Below, piece by piece: positions 61,123 to 64,000 of a stretch of DNA of 64,000 nt; position 1 is the first letter of the stretch; each line of letters begins with the position of its first letter. Under the pieces are notes generated by a model. It was given only the letters and a program-made list of their open reading frames with translations. It ran no database searches and was not told the DNA's origin. Source of the stretch: the human T2T-CHM13v2.0 reference genome, Homo sapiens; the NCBI RefSeq assembly GCF_009914755.1, contig NC_060930.1; one strand, given 5' to 3'. Made by a program: the position numbers and the translations under genes.

Positions 61123-63179
61123 CATGTCAAATTCACAGCTAGCTAAATACATGGCACCTCCTAAATAACAATCCTTTAGCCCACTTAAAATATAAAATCT
61201 TCTCAATAAGTGCCTGAAAGTATGATATCAGTGGTGAAGAGTTTCAACATAAGGGCAAACCAGTAGAATAATATGAAGGACATATTTTTAAGCACATTTT
61301 TGAAATCACTTAAATCACATCAGTGACATAATTTATTCTGTTTCCACATGACACTAGGCCTTTCTAAAAGGTCAAAATTGAGAGTGGAAAACTGAATATG
61401 AAAAGTTTTAACTATGATTCATATATGAAAGTAAAGACTACATTTGGGAGATAAATTTCAACTTATCTCTCTGTGATTGATTTTTTGTAAGTTAATATTA
61501 ATATTCTTAATATGTTGTTTGCTTGTATCAATTAGTACCGAAAAAACTAACATAATAATTAATGACTTGGTCCCTAATAAAATGTGTACTGGTATAGAGG
61601 GATGCTAAACTACGTATGACCAACGTTGAGTTGAGGAAAGAAGGGGGGTTGGGAGAAGTTGCTGCTCAGACCTTTGTCTATACACCTGAACCCACACCTT
61701 GATTCTCATAAAATAAAAATTAACAATAAGACCTGCAAGTCAATGTCAGGTTATATTTTTTTCTTAAGCTATGATTTGTTTCACCATCAATTTATATTAT
61801 CCTTGCTGAAATTCTAACAAAAATTCTGAACACAATGAAGGTTGAAAGCAGCTGGTCAACAATTCATAAAAGCACCACTTTTGATTTGGAAGACAGTTAT
61901 TAAATCACTACTCACACTACTTTACAATCCAACAACTGAAATAATGTTATTGCCTCTTTGAAATTCCATTTTCTAATCACTTAATCTTACTTCTGTCTTT
62001 TGGGTCCTCTATGAATTCTCCAGATTTCACTTGTCCAAAGTTTGATACACTGTTTTAACATTAAACTGATCAATGTAAAATGTAGTTGAAGTTTTATCTT
62101 ATAATTTTTAATCAGAATGGCCTGCTGAAATAGTAGATTTCAGCATTATGTGTTCAAACTGCTAAAATAATGCTGCTGAGCTGAATTATGTTCAAATTGT
62201 GTCTGCTGTGATCTCTATGTTCTTTTCTGCCACATTCATGCCTAATTAGTCATTCTCTGTCTTATATGTATCATGTTTTTTCCTTAGAGTAGTTCCTGCT
62301 TTATACCTGACCTCAAGATTTTCATTATTTCTGACTACTCTTCCAACTTGTGAAGGTCGATTTGAATTATAATCTTCTCCTCTAAAGGGCTAGCCAACCC
62401 ACACATTTATTTATCTAGGTCACTGATAAAATGTATAAAATGGTACTTAATCTAGAACTACAAAATACTCCTTATTACTTGTGAATAGTAGATATTAACA
62501 GTACAATGTTAATTAGGTGAAGAATGTCAAGGTTATAATTCTAATCTTACATCAATCCATTGGCTTTCCTATGCTTCATAATCACAGACAATACTTCTGA
62601 CCTTTGCTCACAATTATAATGTTTGAAAATTAAATCAAATGTCAAAGAAAATCAAATATTACACTGTTATTTTAAAAATATATCCTGTTGTAAGAAGCCA
62701 ATATACCTACCAGTATCAAGACACTGACTAAATATGAAGGCAACCAAATGTAGACAACCAAAGCAAGTAATGTAGGGGAATAATGGCCACTCCATCCTAA
62801 GGAGAAATGAAGAGTTAAAAGGAAGAAATGATGCAATAATATTCATTTTATCAGCCTTACGATTCCCATCATACATAGAAACTGATCTGTACCGCTTTGT
62901 TGAATTGTTGTCTGTATTCCTTTAAGAAAATGTTACAAAATTTTATGAACTAAGTGGTTTTGAAAACTATGGTAAGTGGCCTTTTTTTCTTCTTGCGATA
63001 CTTCTGAATAAAATTGTACATGCATAGATTATGAATATGAAGTATAGCTAGAAATTTTTATATAAGGATTATTCATACATATTTTGAGTTGCTATTTTCC
63101 TTGATATGTAAGACTTCCTTGTAGAGGAATAAACTTGTCTTCCAGATCAACATATCTTGGATATTCTAATTACTAAATG

Positions 63180-63850
63180 ACATCTACTTTTTGTTCTCTT
63201 TTTGCTGGGTCGGGTCCTGCTCATCTCCCTGGTCTTTTAAAATTGGAGGTGTTCATAACTTAGCCTATGGGTCTCTCCATTTTTCTATCAATCTTCCATT
63301 GCATGAGTATACAATCTTATGGATTTATGCAATAATACACATCTTCAGTTTTAATGTTTTCCTTTAACTCTTCCCTAACCACAACTTCTACTAATCATTA
63401 TACCTCATTCCACCTAAAATGGCGTTTTGCTAATTCGTCAAATACCCAGGCGTACGTTAAGACATTTTTAATTGTTTGGTACTTATATCTTAGGACATTT
63501 GTACTTGTTTTTCTCTCAGTCTGGTACTCTGTTGTCCCAGATATGAATATACGTTTTTCTTCTCCTTTTTCAAAACTCACTCAAATGTGATATGAAGTTT
63601 GCAATCTTCTCTGAACACACAATTTGGAAGTCCCATCTGCTATCACAACTTTCTATCCCCGTTATCTGTCTGTTTTCCTTTTAATATTAATATATAAAAT
63701 AACACATAGTTTTTTTCTTAACTCTTTTGGCTTCTCTTACTATAACAAACTGTAAATGCTTTTTCTGTTTTGTTTACTGTTGCACTGATAATGTTTAGAA
63801 TGGCTCTGGACACATAATAGCATTGCAATAAATATTGGCTACAAAATAGG
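63180..63850 (+). mobile_element. L2 remnant, followed by a MIR fragment (~63885-64000)
   Basis: AGAATGGCTCTGGACACATAATAGCATTGCAATAAATATTGG L2 3' end; MIR-like start to the window edge. Confidence 0.6.
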
Positions 63851-64000
63851 TATTAGGTTTATGTATTCATACAGGTAGATTACAAAATGGTTAAAAGGTA
63901 TGCTCTTGAGTCCAACTGTCTGAGACTAAAAGTCCAATTTCACCACTTTCTAATTCTCTAACTGAATAAATCACTTAATTACATGACCTTGATTCCTTTG

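Overview
Human, AT-rich, transposon-dense non-coding DNA. Human origin is inferred from an L1HS-Ta and an AluYa5. No host protein-coding exon could be supported, and nearly all long ORFs in the track are retroelement-derived. Main contents: (1) the 5' end of a HERV-H provirus on the - strand (LTR7 1261-1713, tRNA-His PBS, consensus splice donor, dead gag), inserted into an old 5'-inverted L1PA; (2) a heavily nested HERV16/ERV-L remnant (3.8-9.2 kb); (3) a near full-length L1PB3-like element; (4) a full-length L1HS Ta-0 (31706-37748, 13-bp TSD) with dead ORF1/ORF2 but intact promoter motifs and intact antisense ORF0, plus an internal ~370-bp patch that looks copied from an older L1; (5) a twin-primed L1PA4-6; and many Alu, MaLR, MLT2, L2, MIR and DNA-transposon relics. 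I found no convincing new biological system. The most unusual signals are the apparent gene-conversion patch in the L1HS, several template-switch hairpins or micro-inversions, and a 42-bp direct repeat 1 kb apart in unique DNA. Subfamily calls rely on remembered consensus diagnostics, not a database run.
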